Assembly (NCBI GenBank): GCA_965246155.1
Contig: CBDFCT010000001.1
Location: 3,501-67,500 of the forward strand
DNA: 64,000 nt
From: an uncultured Candidatus Saccharibacteria bacterium
GTDB taxonomy: Bacteria > Patescibacteriota > Saccharimonadia > Saccharimonadales > Saccharimonadaceae
Direction: 5' to 3'
The notes under the pieces were generated by a model, which saw only the letters and a list, made by a program, of their open reading frames with translations, did not search any database and was not told the DNA's origin. Within the stretch, counting starts at the first letter, position 1, and each line of letters opens with the position of its first letter. Position numbers and translations under genes: made by a program. Positions 46,629 to 56,424 of the stretch are shown in pieces.

Positions 46629-46703
46629 GGTCTCGTCGTCTAAAGGTTAGGACATCAGGTTTTCATCCTGACAATTCGGGTTCGATTCCCGGCGAGATCA
46701 CCA
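46629..46703 (+). tRNA. tRNA-Glu (anticodon TTC)
   Basis: Hand-folded: anticodon stem TCAGG/CCTGA, loop TTTTCAT, T-arm TCGGG-TTCGATT-CCCGG, encoded CCA. TATAAT ends 9 nt upstream. Confidence 0.9.
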
Positions 46704-46810
46704 CTAGGTTTTATTAATATTTATTTTTAACTACCGGGGCACTAACTTCTGAAATGGAATACAGGGTGCTCTGCTGGTGGTGTTAGGCTGTCTTGTAGTA
46801 TAATCACCAT

Positions 46811-47032
46811 ATGGGAAATAAGTCCGGCAAGGCGAAGCGTCGCAACAAACATTATCATGGCGCCGATGCCAAACGATCCGGTGAAGTCGTGCGAGTGCGA
46901 AAGATTAGTGCTGTCGTGAGATCAGACTATAGCCAGTGGATTATTGACCATCAGACTCAGATTAAGTATGGTCTGATTGCGATAATGGTAGCGACTGTAA
47001 TCATCGCCGGGCTGTGGGCGCTACTAACATAA
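46811..47032 (+). CDS. Small basic tail-anchored membrane protein (73 aa)
   Basis: TATAAT plus 6 nt to the ATG. Lys/Arg-rich N-terminus and C-terminal TM helix LIAIMVATVIIAGLWALL. Confidence 0.45.
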   Translation: MGNKSGKAKRRNKHYHGADAKRSGEVVRVRKISAVVRSDYSQWIIDHQTQIKYGLIAIMVATVIIAGLWALLT

Positions 47033-47043
47033 AAGGAGGGTAG

Positions 47044-47433
47044 ATGAGGATATCAATCATTGAAGATGACCAGCTAATCAGCCAGATGTACCGGATGAAG
47101 CTTGAGTCGGAGGGGTATGATGTCGATATCGCCGATAACGGCATGAACGGGATCGAGATGGTGGCTCAGACCAAGCCGGATTTGATCATCCTGGACTATT
47201 CTCTGCCCGATATTGATGGCTCAGCAGTACTGAGGGAGGTACGTCGCAACGGCTCTGCCAAGACGACACCGGTCATCGTCCTGACCAATATGGATAGTGA
47301 GGAAGTGGCCAAGGAACTATCTAAGTGGAATATCTATGATTATATTGTCAAGGTTGATCTGACTCCTCGGGAAGTTATCGCACGGATCAAGCAAGCACTG
47401 GCTGATCATGCTAAGACAACGGACAAGCACTAG
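47044..47433 (+). CDS. Stand-alone response-regulator receiver (CheY-like) protein
   Basis: Acidic pocket (EDD), phospho-acceptor in LIILDYSLPDIDG, and conserved T and K (VIVLTN...YIVK). No output domain. Confidence 0.8.
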   Translation: MRISIIEDDQLISQMYRMKLESEGYDVDIADNGMNGIEMVAQTKPDLIILDYSLPDIDGSAVLREVRRNGSAKTTPVIVLTNMDSEEVAKELSKWNIYDYIVKVDLTPREVIARIKQALADHAKTTDKH

Positions 47434-47491
47434 TCGGCGGGAGTGTGCTAGAATAGGCACGATTTAGTAAGTAGGAAGGAGTGATACAAAC

Positions 47492-48889
47492 ATGGCGCAT
47501 ATTGACACACTGAAGCGTGCTCGCATCTTGGCGACGATTGGACCGGCGACCAGCGACCCGGCAATGCTGGAGAAAGTAATCCGGGCCGGAGTGAATGCCT
47601 GTCGGCTTAATTTCAGCCACGGCTCGTTTGAAGACCGGGTGGAGCAAGTTAAGAACATTCGGCTGATTGAGAAGAAGCTGAATCGGCACATCCCCATCGT
47701 CCAGGACTTGCAGGGGCCGAAGATTCGATTAGGTCAGCTGAAGGATGACATGAAGTATACGATTCATCGTGATGATGAGCTGGGGCTGACCTATGGCATC
47801 GAGCATGACGGAGGCAATAACCTGCCGTCGCAGTATGATCTGTCGGATAAGTGTCTGCCGGGCGATAGTATCTATCTATTTGATGGCAAGATTCGCACTA
47901 TAGTGCAGCGAATTGACGGTAAGACGGTCTGGGTCAAGGCGGTCAATGGCGGTTCGGTGATCTCTCGCAAGGCGATCAATCTACCCGACATGCGAGGTGG
48001 CGATGCCCCGGTCTTAACCGAGAAGGACTTGACTGATCTGGAGTGGAGCTTTGACAAAGACTTTGACTACACGGCACTATCTTTCGTCCATCATGCTGAC
48101 GATGTGCGCAAACTGAGAGAGATTATTCGTAGTCACGGTAGTGATCGTAAGATTATCGTCAAGCTGGAGACTAAGGCGGGAGTTGATCCGGAGAATCTGG
48201 AGGCAATTATCCGGCTCGCCGATGGTGTGATGGTGGCTCGTGGCGACCTGGCGGTAGAGGCTGGTCCTGAGGTAGTGCCGGTGGTAGAGCGAGAGATTAT
48301 TCGCCTGTGCCAGAAGCACTGCAAGTTGTGCATCGTGGCGACTCAGATGCTTGATTCAATGGTTGACAACCCCGAGCCGACTCGGGCTGAGGTGAACGAC
48401 GTAGCTACTACTTATATCGAAGGTGCCGATGCCGTGATGCTGTCTGACGAGACTGCCATGGGCAAGTATCCGGTTGAGGCGGTCTCTATCATGGCAAAGA
48501 CGCTGCGCTATGCTCAGCAACATATCGGCGTCTACGACCTCTATAGTCGCAACCCGGTAGACGAAAAGAGCGGGGCGATCGCTGATGCCGCCGTAGTGAT
48601 GGCGGACGAAGTCGAGGCTGATGCCATCATCGTCGAGTCAAACGGCAGCTCTCTGACTAGGAGCATCTCTATCCAGCGACCGATCATGCCGATCTTGCCG
48701 GTGGTGCCAACCGACAGAATGGCGAATCGTCTCAGTCTACTCTACGGAGTACGTGCTTTTACCAGCCCGGATGGTAAAGTCGATACACTACTAAATGACC
48801 TGATGACTACTAACTTCTTTGGTGATACTAAGGCGAAGGTGGTGCTGGCGACGTCTGATGGAGTGCGATTGCTGGATCTAAGTAGATAA
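47492..48889 (+). CDS. pyk: Pyruvate kinase
   Basis: GPA...G.N..RLNFSHG, MVARGDL.VE, ATQML.SM motifs. SD GGAAGGAG. Confidence 0.95.
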   Translation: MAHIDTLKRARILATIGPATSDPAMLEKVIRAGVNACRLNFSHGSFEDRVEQVKNIRLIEKKLNRHIPIVQDLQGPKIRLGQLKDDMKYTIHRDDELGLTYGIEHDGGNNLPSQYDLSDKCLPGDSIYLFDGKIRTIVQRIDGKTVWVKAVNGGSVISRKAINLPDMRGGDAPVLTEKDLTDLEWSFDKDFDYTALSFVHHADDVRKLREIIRSHGSDRKIIVKLETKAGVDPENLEAIIRLADGVMVARGDLAVEAGPEVVPVVEREIIRLCQKHCKLCIVATQMLDSMVDNPEPTRAEVNDVATTYIEGADAVMLSDETAMGKYPVEAVSIMAKTLRYAQQHIGVYDLYSRNPVDEKSGAIADAAVVMADEVEADAIIVESNGSSLTRSISIQRPIMPILPVVPTDRMANRLSLLYGVRAFTSPDGKVDTLLNDLMTTNFFGDTKAKVVLATSDGVRLLDLSR

Positions 48890-48907
48890 GAAAAAAGGGG
48901 GGGGGTG

Positions 48908-50134
48908 ATGGCAGTAACTTTTCCATATCGGACGGTTAAAGATGTCGATGTACGGGGCAAGCGGATCTTACTGAGAGCCGACTATAATGTACCGCTTCGA
49001 GATGATGGCTCTATTGCTGACGATTATCGTCTGGTTGCCTCTTTGCCCACCCTGCGCTATTTGCTGGAACGAGGTGCCGGTATCGTCATCATTGCTCATC
49101 TGGGGCGGCCGAAGTCAGCGCAAGATACGAAGTATAGCCTTGCTCCGGTGGCTAAGCGGTTGGCTAAGCTGCTGGATCACCCCGTCCGGTTCATCGGTGA
49201 GACGGTGGGTGACCGGGTGGCACAGCTAACCCGGTCAATGAAGCCCGGCGATATCGTCATGCTGGAGAACCTGCGTTTTCAGACGGCTGAGAAGGAGAAT
49301 GACGCCAAGTTTGCTCAGCAACTGGCGAAGCAGAGTCGGGCGGAGCTATTTGTCCAAGATGGCTTTGGGGTGGTTCATCGTAGCCATGCCTCGACGGTAG
49401 CGATCACGCAGTGTTTGCCGGCTGTAGCCGGGCTGTTGGTTGAACAAGAGTACCTGGCAATTAAGCGGGCTACCGACGAGCCGAACCGACCGCTAACGGC
49501 GATATTGGGTGGGGCAAAGATACACGACAAGATGCCCCTAGCTCGTAAGTTCATTCAGATTGCTGACAATGTGGTGATCGGCGGGGCACTGGCTAATAAT
49601 TTTATCAAGTACGACGGGTATGATATCGGTGATAGCTTGGTTGATGAGGCGGCAGATCAGCTGGTGCGGCAAATCTTAGCGGATGCTCAGCATCGGTATG
49701 GTGACAAGCTGGCGGATCATCTCATCCTACCTAGTGATGTGGCTGTCTCGAAGAGTGGTGAGCTAAAGGGCGAGCGAGTAGAATGCGGTCCGGATGCCGT
49801 CCGGGCTCCAGCCAAGATATATGACATCGGTGAACAGACTATCCGGCTGGTCGAGCGGGTGGTAGCGAGTAGCGGCACCGTCATTTGGAACGGTACACTG
49901 GGTATGGCCGAGACGGTCAATTTCTCTCGAGGGTCGGCACGACTGGCTCTGACCCTAGCTAAAAATCCTCAGATAGTTAGTGTGATCGGTGGCGGTGATA
50001 CAGCTAATTTCGTCAGGGGTTGGGATGCCCTGAAGGGTGGTAGCTTCAGCCATGTATCGACCGGTGGCGGGGCTAGCTTAGCGTTAATGGCAGGTGAAGA
50101 TCTGCCCGGTATCTCGGCGCTGATGCGACGCTAA
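48908..50134 (+). CDS. pgk: Phosphoglycerate kinase
   Basis: RADYNVPL, HLGRPK, GGGDT..., STGGGASL motifs. ATG 48908 is preferred to GTG 48905. Confidence 0.95.
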   Translation: MAVTFPYRTVKDVDVRGKRILLRADYNVPLRDDGSIADDYRLVASLPTLRYLLERGAGIVIIAHLGRPKSAQDTKYSLAPVAKRLAKLLDHPVRFIGETVGDRVAQLTRSMKPGDIVMLENLRFQTAEKENDAKFAQQLAKQSRAELFVQDGFGVVHRSHASTVAITQCLPAVAGLLVEQEYLAIKRATDEPNRPLTAILGGAKIHDKMPLARKFIQIADNVVIGGALANNFIKYDGYDIGDSLVDEAADQLVRQILADAQHRYGDKLADHLILPSDVAVSKSGELKGERVECGPDAVRAPAKIYDIGEQTIRLVERVVASSGTVIWNGTLGMAETVNFSRGSARLALTLAKNPQIVSVIGGGDTANFVRGWDALKGGSFSHVSTGGGASLALMAGEDLPGISALMRR

Positions 50135-50174
50135 ATGGCAGGTATGGTAAAATAGCTAACAGAATGGAGCGGGC

Positions 50175-50951
50175 ATGAAAAAGTACATCATTGGCAACTG
50201 GAAGATGAACCTAAACGTCCACGAATCGTCATTGTTTGTGACGAAGCTGTCGCAGACGTTACCGGTACGGCGTAATGTCGAGGCCGTGATTTGCCCCGGC
50301 TTTCTGTCACTGGAGCCGGTATCGCTTCAGATCAATCACCGCCAGATGAAGCTGGGGGCGCAAGATTGCTACTGGCGAGACGAAGGTGCTTTTACCGGTG
50401 AAGTATCGGCGAGTCAGCTGAGGGGGCTGGCACAGTACGTCTTGGTCGGTCACAGCGAACGACGTTATATCTTCGACGAGGACGACCGGGATGTCCGATT
50501 CAAGGTGCAGGCAGCTATTCGCAATGGCATCAGACCGGTGCTCTGCGTAGGCGAAGATGAAGAAGAGCGGGAGATGAATTGCTACGAGCATGCCTTATGT
50601 GATCAAGTTGCCTCAGGGTTAATGAATATTGACTCGGGCGACTTGGATCAGATCGTAGTAGCCTATGAGCCAATCTGGGCGATAGGCAGTAGTGCTCCGG
50701 CGGTTGATCAGCAGATCACTGAGTCGGTCAAGATTGTGCGGACTCAGATTGAACATATGTTTGGTCGAGCGGCGGCGATGAATGTGCCGATTCTTTATGG
50801 CGGTAGCGTCAACGCCGGTAGTGCTAAGCAGATTTTGCAACTGGCGGGAGTCGATGGCTTGCTGGTTGGTCGGTCAAGCCTGATTGCTACTGAGTTCGCC
50901 GGCATGGTCAACGATGCTGCGGCTATAGTAAAGGAAAGTCAACGAGCGTGA
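50175..50951 (+). CDS. tpiA: Triosephosphate isomerase
   Basis: GNWKMN, VGHSERR, AYEPIWAIG, YGGSV motifs. Confidence 0.95.
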   Translation: MKKYIIGNWKMNLNVHESSLFVTKLSQTLPVRRNVEAVICPGFLSLEPVSLQINHRQMKLGAQDCYWRDEGAFTGEVSASQLRGLAQYVLVGHSERRYIFDEDDRDVRFKVQAAIRNGIRPVLCVGEDEEEREMNCYEHALCDQVASGLMNIDSGDLDQIVVAYEPIWAIGSSAPAVDQQITESVKIVRTQIEHMFGRAAAMNVPILYGGSVNAGSAKQILQLAGVDGLLVGRSSLIATEFAGMVNDAAAIVKESQRA

Positions 50952-52093
50952 ACGATCTGATTCCGGGTAGACCAAAGACTATTGGCCGAGCAAACAGCTC
51001 TCTCGGCGGGGTTAACGGTCAATTGATCGGGGTGAAAGTACGGACAGTCGCCGGCAAGAGACCAATCGACGGAGTGACTGCTCGGCTAGGTCAGCCGGTG
51101 GTGAAGCCGACTAGGGTAGTGGTGCGAGATGCTGCGATGCCGGCCACTCTTGCTAAGAGCAAGCCACCGATGGGTGTCGTATCGGCTCGCAATCTTTCGA
51201 CTAGGAGCGCTGAGGGGGTTAGGCGAGTAACGGCCCTACCACCCGAAGTACCTATGAGAGCTGCAGCTACTTCCGGAGCTAATAAACCAAAGGTCGGTAG
51301 AGGGCGCTTCATGGATATGGCTTTGCCGTCAAGTGATGCCACGGTCAAGAATAAGCCTAATTATGCCACTGAACGTCAGACCAAGGCTGAGCTAATGAGT
51401 GATCGAGTAACAGCTAAGTCGTCCATGCCTAGAAAACACCCCGGCAAGGTCAATGTAATGTTTGATGGTGAGCCGCAGCGGTTGTCCGGGCAGACTACTT
51501 TGCGGCGGTCGCCGTCAGCCGGGTCAATACCGGCTAGGTCAATAGCAACTAAGCCTGTGACGCCGAGACGACCGGTCGTTCCGCCGACTAAGCGAGAGGT
51601 GGGGCAGATCAATGCTAGTAGCAGTCATAGTGAGCCGGTAGTCAGAGCCGGTCGGCGACCCGTAGCCACGGGTAATTCCGGTCGTAACGATCACGCAGTG
51701 AGGAGTATATCGACTCCGGCTAAATCAGCTCCGGTGCGACCGGCTACGGCGTTATCACCTAAGCCTTCGGCATCCCCTAATAGATCTATTTCTACCGGGC
51801 GTTCAGCTGTCGGTAGCGCCTCAGCCGCGGCGTCAAGCCGTCGAGCACCGACCTTCCTGCCTGATGTCAGGGTTAACAAGCGTCCCTTAGGCAATGATTC
51901 CATCAAGAGACCTACTCCTACTAATGTCCGACCGGCGGATGATGACTTGTTTGATGATGACGAGCTTGACCAGACTTTACCGCCACTCTCCTCGCAGCGC
52001 AAGAAGCAGATCATTAGCCGGGTGCTACTGGCGATAGCGGTAGTTATCATTGGCGGGTTGATCGCTGTGGCTATCTTGCGGCTAGGTCTGTAG
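50948..52093 (+). CDS. Arg/Pro/Ser/Ala-rich low-complexity protein with C-terminal TM anchor
   Basis: 381-aa ORF. The GTG overlaps the tpiA stop (GTGA). The only hydrophobic segment is the C-terminal VLLAIAVVIIGGLIAVAIL. No family recognised. Confidence 0.45.
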   Translation: MNDLIPGRPKTIGRANSSLGGVNGQLIGVKVRTVAGKRPIDGVTARLGQPVVKPTRVVVRDAAMPATLAKSKPPMGVVSARNLSTRSAEGVRRVTALPPEVPMRAAATSGANKPKVGRGRFMDMALPSSDATVKNKPNYATERQTKAELMSDRVTAKSSMPRKHPGKVNVMFDGEPQRLSGQTTLRRSPSAGSIPARSIATKPVTPRRPVVPPTKREVGQINASSSHSEPVVRAGRRPVATGNSGRNDHAVRSISTPAKSAPVRPATALSPKPSASPNRSISTGRSAVGSASAAASSRRAPTFLPDVRVNKRPLGNDSIKRPTPTNVRPADDDLFDDDELDQTLPPLSSQRKKQIISRVLLAIAVVIIGGLIAVAILRLGL

Positions 52094-52142
52094 GCATAGC
52101 TGTGGTCGGCGACACCGACTCTAGCGTGATAAAATATAGCTA

Positions 52143-54344
52143 ATGACATCAGTAGACGAGAGGCATATCTTAGATGGTCTAAATCCGGAGCAGAGGCTGG
52201 CGGTCGAGACTACCGAGGGTCCACTTTTAATCCAGGCCGGGGCAGGGTCAGGTAAGACCAAGGCGCTGATCCATCGCATTGCCTACATAATTGCCGGTGA
52301 GCTGGCTCAGCCTGCTGAGATATTGGCGGTTACTTTTACCAATAAGGCGGCCAATGAGATGCGAGGGCGACTTGCCCGCTTGCTAGGTGTGGCGGATAAT
52401 CGAAGTTTCATGCCCTGGATGGGTACTTTTCACTCCATTGCCGTTCGCTTATTGCGACAAGATGGTAATCAGATTGATATTGCTCGCAATTTCGTCATCT
52501 TCGACGAAGCCGACAGGTTGTCGCTAGTTAAGTCGGTCATGAAGGAGCTGGGTGTAGCCGAGCAGCAGTTTAGTCCTCGGTCAATTGTCAGCTACATCTC
52601 TAAGGCTAAGAATGCTTGTTTGTCGCCTGAGCAGTATCGACGCCAGGCTACTCAGTCCAGCCTACAACAGACTGCCGCAGAGGTGTACGATCGTTACGAG
52701 AGGCGACTGCGGGAGAATGCGGCGCTTGACTTTGATGACCTGCTGCTTGATGCAGTTCAACTTCTTGAGAAATCATCAGAGGTGCGGCGCAAATATCAAG
52801 AGCAATTTCGTTATATTCTGATCGATGAGTATCAAGACACCAACAAGGCACAGTATCGGCTGGTTAAGCTCCTGCTGAACGACCGGCGCAATATCTGTGT
52901 AGTCGGTGATGATTGGCAGTCAATCTATAGTTGGCGGGGGGCGGACTATACTAATATTCTTAACTTTGAGCGGGATTTCCCCGGAGCGAAACAGATCAAG
53001 CTGGAGCAGAACTATCGTTCGACCGAGGAGATTCTTGAGGTGGCGCATCGGGTGATCAGCAAGAATACTAAACGCAGTGATAAAAAGTTGTGGACGGATA
53101 ATCGAGGTGGAGAGCCGGTCGAGCTGATAGTCGCCGGTAATGAGTTTGACGAAGCGGAGCGAGTAGCTAATCAGATATGGGCAATGGTTGCCGGTGGCAG
53201 TCATCGACTCCGAGATTGCGCTGTGCTTTATCGGACGAATGCCCAGTCACGAGTATTCGAACAGATGTTTACTCGCAACAGTCTGCGCTATCGACTGATC
53301 GGTGGGCAACGCTTTTACGACCGGGCGGAGATAAAAGATCTAATTGCTTATCTAAAGCTAATTTATCAGCCTAGTGACACTATCAGCTTTCGCCGGATCG
53401 TTAATGTACCAAAGCGAGGCCTGGGCGAAGTCTCGGTAACTAAGTTTTTGGCTTGGCAGAGCGGCAGTGGGCTGAATGTGCTTGACGCCTTAGTGTGGGC
53501 GGACGATTGTGCCGAGCTTACCTCTAGAGCTAGAAAGACTTTGAGTCAGTTGGGTCGGGCACTTTCAGAGGTAAACAAGCTATCCGGCACTGAGTCACCT
53601 GACCGGATCATAGAGGGAATCATGCGGCGCTTTGACTATGGTGGTTACCTGGATGATGGCACGGAGCGAGGTGAAGAACGTTGCCGAAACGTTGATGAGC
53701 TAATCTCGATGGCTAAGGAATATGGCGATCTGGCGAGCTTTTTAGAGGAAGTGGCATTGGTGAGTGGGGCTGACGCCGTTAATGACGATGACGCTGTCAC
53801 TCTCATGACCTTACACGCCGCTAAAGGCCTGGAGTACCCGGTGGTCTTTATGGTGGGCATGGAGGACGGCTTATTCCCCAGTGCTCGTTCCTCGCTGGAG
53901 CCGGCGGCAGCAGAGGAGGAGAGACGGCTTTGCTATGTCGGTATGACTAGAGCGCAAGAGAAGCTGGTGCTATCTTACGCTCGGCGTCGGATGCTCAGAG
54001 GCGAGACTCATTACAGCCTGCCGTCGCCTTTCGTGCAAGACGTGAGCGATATGGTGTCGGGCGATGAATCCGGTATGGATGAGGTGGGTGACTATCAGGG
54101 CTGGGCAAATTACCGGCAAGGACCATCGGTGCAGCATGCCACTAAGTACGGCAGTCAGGCAAGTGAACCACACTATGAACCGGACCCGGTAGAGCTTAGT
54201 CTTGGTGACCGAGTGCGGCACCAAATCTTTGGTTCGGGTCAAGTAACCTCAGTTGATGGGCAAGTGGTGGAGGTTTATTTTGATGACGGTAAGACCCGTA
54301 AGCTCAATGTTGCCTTTGCCCCACTTAGCCGAGCGGACGGCTAG
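52143..54344 (+). CDS. pcrA: ATP-dependent DNA helicase PcrA/UvrD
   Basis: AGAGSGKT, TFTNKAA, DEYQDTN, VGD..QSIY.WRGA, and a C-terminal Tudor-like GDRVRHQIFGSG.V. Confidence 0.9.
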   Translation: MTSVDERHILDGLNPEQRLAVETTEGPLLIQAGAGSGKTKALIHRIAYIIAGELAQPAEILAVTFTNKAANEMRGRLARLLGVADNRSFMPWMGTFHSIAVRLLRQDGNQIDIARNFVIFDEADRLSLVKSVMKELGVAEQQFSPRSIVSYISKAKNACLSPEQYRRQATQSSLQQTAAEVYDRYERRLRENAALDFDDLLLDAVQLLEKSSEVRRKYQEQFRYILIDEYQDTNKAQYRLVKLLLNDRRNICVVGDDWQSIYSWRGADYTNILNFERDFPGAKQIKLEQNYRSTEEILEVAHRVISKNTKRSDKKLWTDNRGGEPVELIVAGNEFDEAERVANQIWAMVAGGSHRLRDCAVLYRTNAQSRVFEQMFTRNSLRYRLIGGQRFYDRAEIKDLIAYLKLIYQPSDTISFRRIVNVPKRGLGEVSVTKFLAWQSGSGLNVLDALVWADDCAELTSRARKTLSQLGRALSEVNKLSGTESPDRIIEGIMRRFDYGGYLDDGTERGEERCRNVDELISMAKEYGDLASFLEEVALVSGADAVNDDDAVTLMTLHAAKGLEYPVVFMVGMEDGLFPSARSSLEPAAAEEERRLCYVGMTRAQEKLVLSYARRRMLRGETHYSLPSPFVQDVSDMVSGDESGMDEVGDYQGWANYRQGPSVQHATKYGSQASEPHYEPDPVELSLGDRVRHQIFGSGQVTSVDGQVVEVYFDDGKTRKLNVAFAPLSRADG

Positions 54345-54401
54345 CGGTAGACCGGCTTAATGAACCGACATTTTGACGGTGTGATATAATTACAAGCGGA
54401 T

Positions 54402-55610
54402 ATGATATTCAAGTTACGTGGTGTGATTAGTGTCATGCGACGAATCCATACTAGATGGCTGGTGCTGGCTCTGGTGATGACCATCGCACTGGTATCAGCT
54501 AGCTTTACCGGGCTGGTGCGGGCAACCAATGACCGAGTAGATAGCTCCAGTCGGCTGGTGACTATCTACGATCACGAGTTAGAGAAGACTATTATCACTA
54601 AGAGTCGCACGGTGAAACAGGCTCTGGCCGATGCTAAGATCCGGGTGGGGCGACATGATCAGGTCAGTCCGTCGCTGAGTAGCCAGTTATCACGGGACTC
54701 CAATATCATTAACATTAAGCGGGCTCGCCCTGTTACTATTGTCGACGAGAAGTCGGTGAGAACTAGGGTTATGACTGCTGAAACCGACATCAATAAGGTG
54801 TCGGAACAGGCCGGCGTCAAGCTTAGGTCGCATGACATAGCTCAGACTACGCCGATCGACAGCTTTCTTGATTCGGGTGGTATTGGCCAGGTGGTTGAGA
54901 TCACCAGGGCAAAGACAGTTAATCTGAGGCTGTACGGACAGCGGCTAACTCTGAGAACTCAGCAGAAGACCATCGCCGGTATGCTAAAGGAGGCGAATAT
55001 CAAACTGGGTGCCAGCGACACCATGTCGCTACCGCAGCAGACCGGGGTGAGTGATGGCATGGATCTACAAGTCTGGCGTAATGGAGTGCAAACAGTCGAC
55101 CAAGTAGAGGCCGTTCCCTTTGAGACTAAAGTAATTGAAGATGCCGGTAAGAAGCTGGGTTATCATGAGGTTCAGACAGCCGGTCACCCCGGTAAGAAAA
55201 CGGTTATCTATCAAGTCAACATGCAAAATGGTGTCGAAGTGGCTCGTCAGAAGATCTCTGAGGTGGTCACTGAGGCGCCGATAGTCCAAGTCGAGATCAA
55301 GGGGACGAAAGTAGAGCTACCGCCGGGTAGTCATACCGACTGGATGGCGATGGCAGGTATTGCTGAGAGCGACTATGGTGCGGTAAATTACATCATCAGT
55401 CACGAATCGGGCTGGCGAGTGACGGCGAAGGGTATGGGTGGGGCATATGGTCTACCACAGGCCTTACCGGGCAGCAAGATGGGGTCGGTTGGTGCCGACT
55501 GGGCGACTAACCCGATCACTCAGCTGCGTTGGTTCAAGCAGTATTGTGATCGTCGTTACGGCGGAATCCAGGGTGCTTACGCTCATTGGCTGAAGTACCA
55601 TTCGTACTAG
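54402..55610 (+). CDS. DUF348-repeat / G5-domain cell-wall protein with C-terminal lysozyme-like domain (RpfB/YabE-like)
   Basis: Three DUF348-like repeats (TVKQALADAKI.., INKVSEQAGVKL.., TIAGMLKEANIKL), a G5-like region (GKKTVIYQV...G), and a C-terminal ...YIISHESGW...AYGLPQALPG. ATG 54435 is an alternative start. Confidence 0.65.
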   Translation: MIFKLRGVISVMRRIHTRWLVLALVMTIALVSASFTGLVRATNDRVDSSSRLVTIYDHELEKTIITKSRTVKQALADAKIRVGRHDQVSPSLSSQLSRDSNIINIKRARPVTIVDEKSVRTRVMTAETDINKVSEQAGVKLRSHDIAQTTPIDSFLDSGGIGQVVEITRAKTVNLRLYGQRLTLRTQQKTIAGMLKEANIKLGASDTMSLPQQTGVSDGMDLQVWRNGVQTVDQVEAVPFETKVIEDAGKKLGYHEVQTAGHPGKKTVIYQVNMQNGVEVARQKISEVVTEAPIVQVEIKGTKVELPPGSHTDWMAMAGIAESDYGAVNYIISHESGWRVTAKGMGGAYGLPQALPGSKMGSVGADWATNPITQLRWFKQYCDRRYGGIQGAYAHWLKYHSY

Positions 55611-55611
55611 G

Positions 55612-56412
55612 GTGATCGATGTGATCCGAGCGAAGAAAGAACTGGGGCAGAACTTCCTGTGCGACCGGTCGATATTGTCGACCATTGCCGGCTACGGGGA
55701 ACTAACCGGTCGGGATACGGTACTGGAGATTGGTCCGGGTTTGGGGGCGCTGACGGCTCAGTTGTGCCGGCGAGCCGGACGGGTGGTGGCGGTTGAGTAT
55801 GACCGTGTTCTGGCAGAACAGCTGGCGGGTCGGGTGGCTGAGTTAATGGGTGGTCAACCGACAAACCTGGAGTCGGTAAGGGCGGACATCATGGACTACG
55901 ACCTGGCGGCCTTGCCGGCGAATTACAAAGTGGTAGCAAATATTCCTTACTACCTTACCTCAAAGATCATGGAGAAGCTGTGGGCTAGCGCCAATCAACC
56001 CAGCTTAGCGGTGATATTAGTGCAACGAGAAGTAGCTCAGCGACTGGCGGCTACACCGGGACAGCTGTCACTTTTAGCTATCTCAGTGCAACTCTTCGCC
56101 CGGGTAGAGCTGGGCATCAAGGTGTCGGCCGAGCTGTTTGATCCGGCGCCCAAGGTCGATTCGCAGGTGGTCATCATGCATCGTCGCTCCGATCCGTTGA
56201 TCCCGGCAGCCGAGCTTGAGCGGTTCTTTACCGTTTGTCGGGCGGGCTTTTGCCAGAGGCGCAAGAAACTTCTCTCCAGTCTGGCGCTAGGACTGCGCAC
56301 TACCAAGGCGGAGACGGCAAGGCTTTTACAGTTGGCTGATATTGACCCCAACCGGCGAGCCCAGGAGCTAAGTATTGTTGATTGGCAACGCTTGACCAAG
56401 GTGGCTAAATAG
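55612..56412 (+). CDS. rsmA: 16S rRNA (adenine1518/1519-N6)-dimethyltransferase RsmA/KsgA
   Basis: LGQNFL, EIGPGLGALT, ANIPYY motifs. Confidence 0.9.
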   Translation: MIDVIRAKKELGQNFLCDRSILSTIAGYGELTGRDTVLEIGPGLGALTAQLCRRAGRVVAVEYDRVLAEQLAGRVAELMGGQPTNLESVRADIMDYDLAALPANYKVVANIPYYLTSKIMEKLWASANQPSLAVILVQREVAQRLAATPGQLSLLAISVQLFARVELGIKVSAELFDPAPKVDSQVVIMHRRSDPLIPAAELERFFTVCRAGFCQRRKKLLSSLALGLRTTKAETARLLQLADIDPNRRAQELSIVDWQRLTKVAK

Positions 56413-56424
56413 TATAATGAGAGT

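Noticed and set aside
50948-50951. Alternative genetic code (UGA reassignment, as in some CPR-related lineages).
   Set aside because: TGA ends full-length, well-conserved genes (tpiA at 50949-50951, the DUF218 gene at 63161-63163, the GHKL gene at 12928-12930). No conserved gene shows in-frame TGA. This is consistent with the standard bacterial code.
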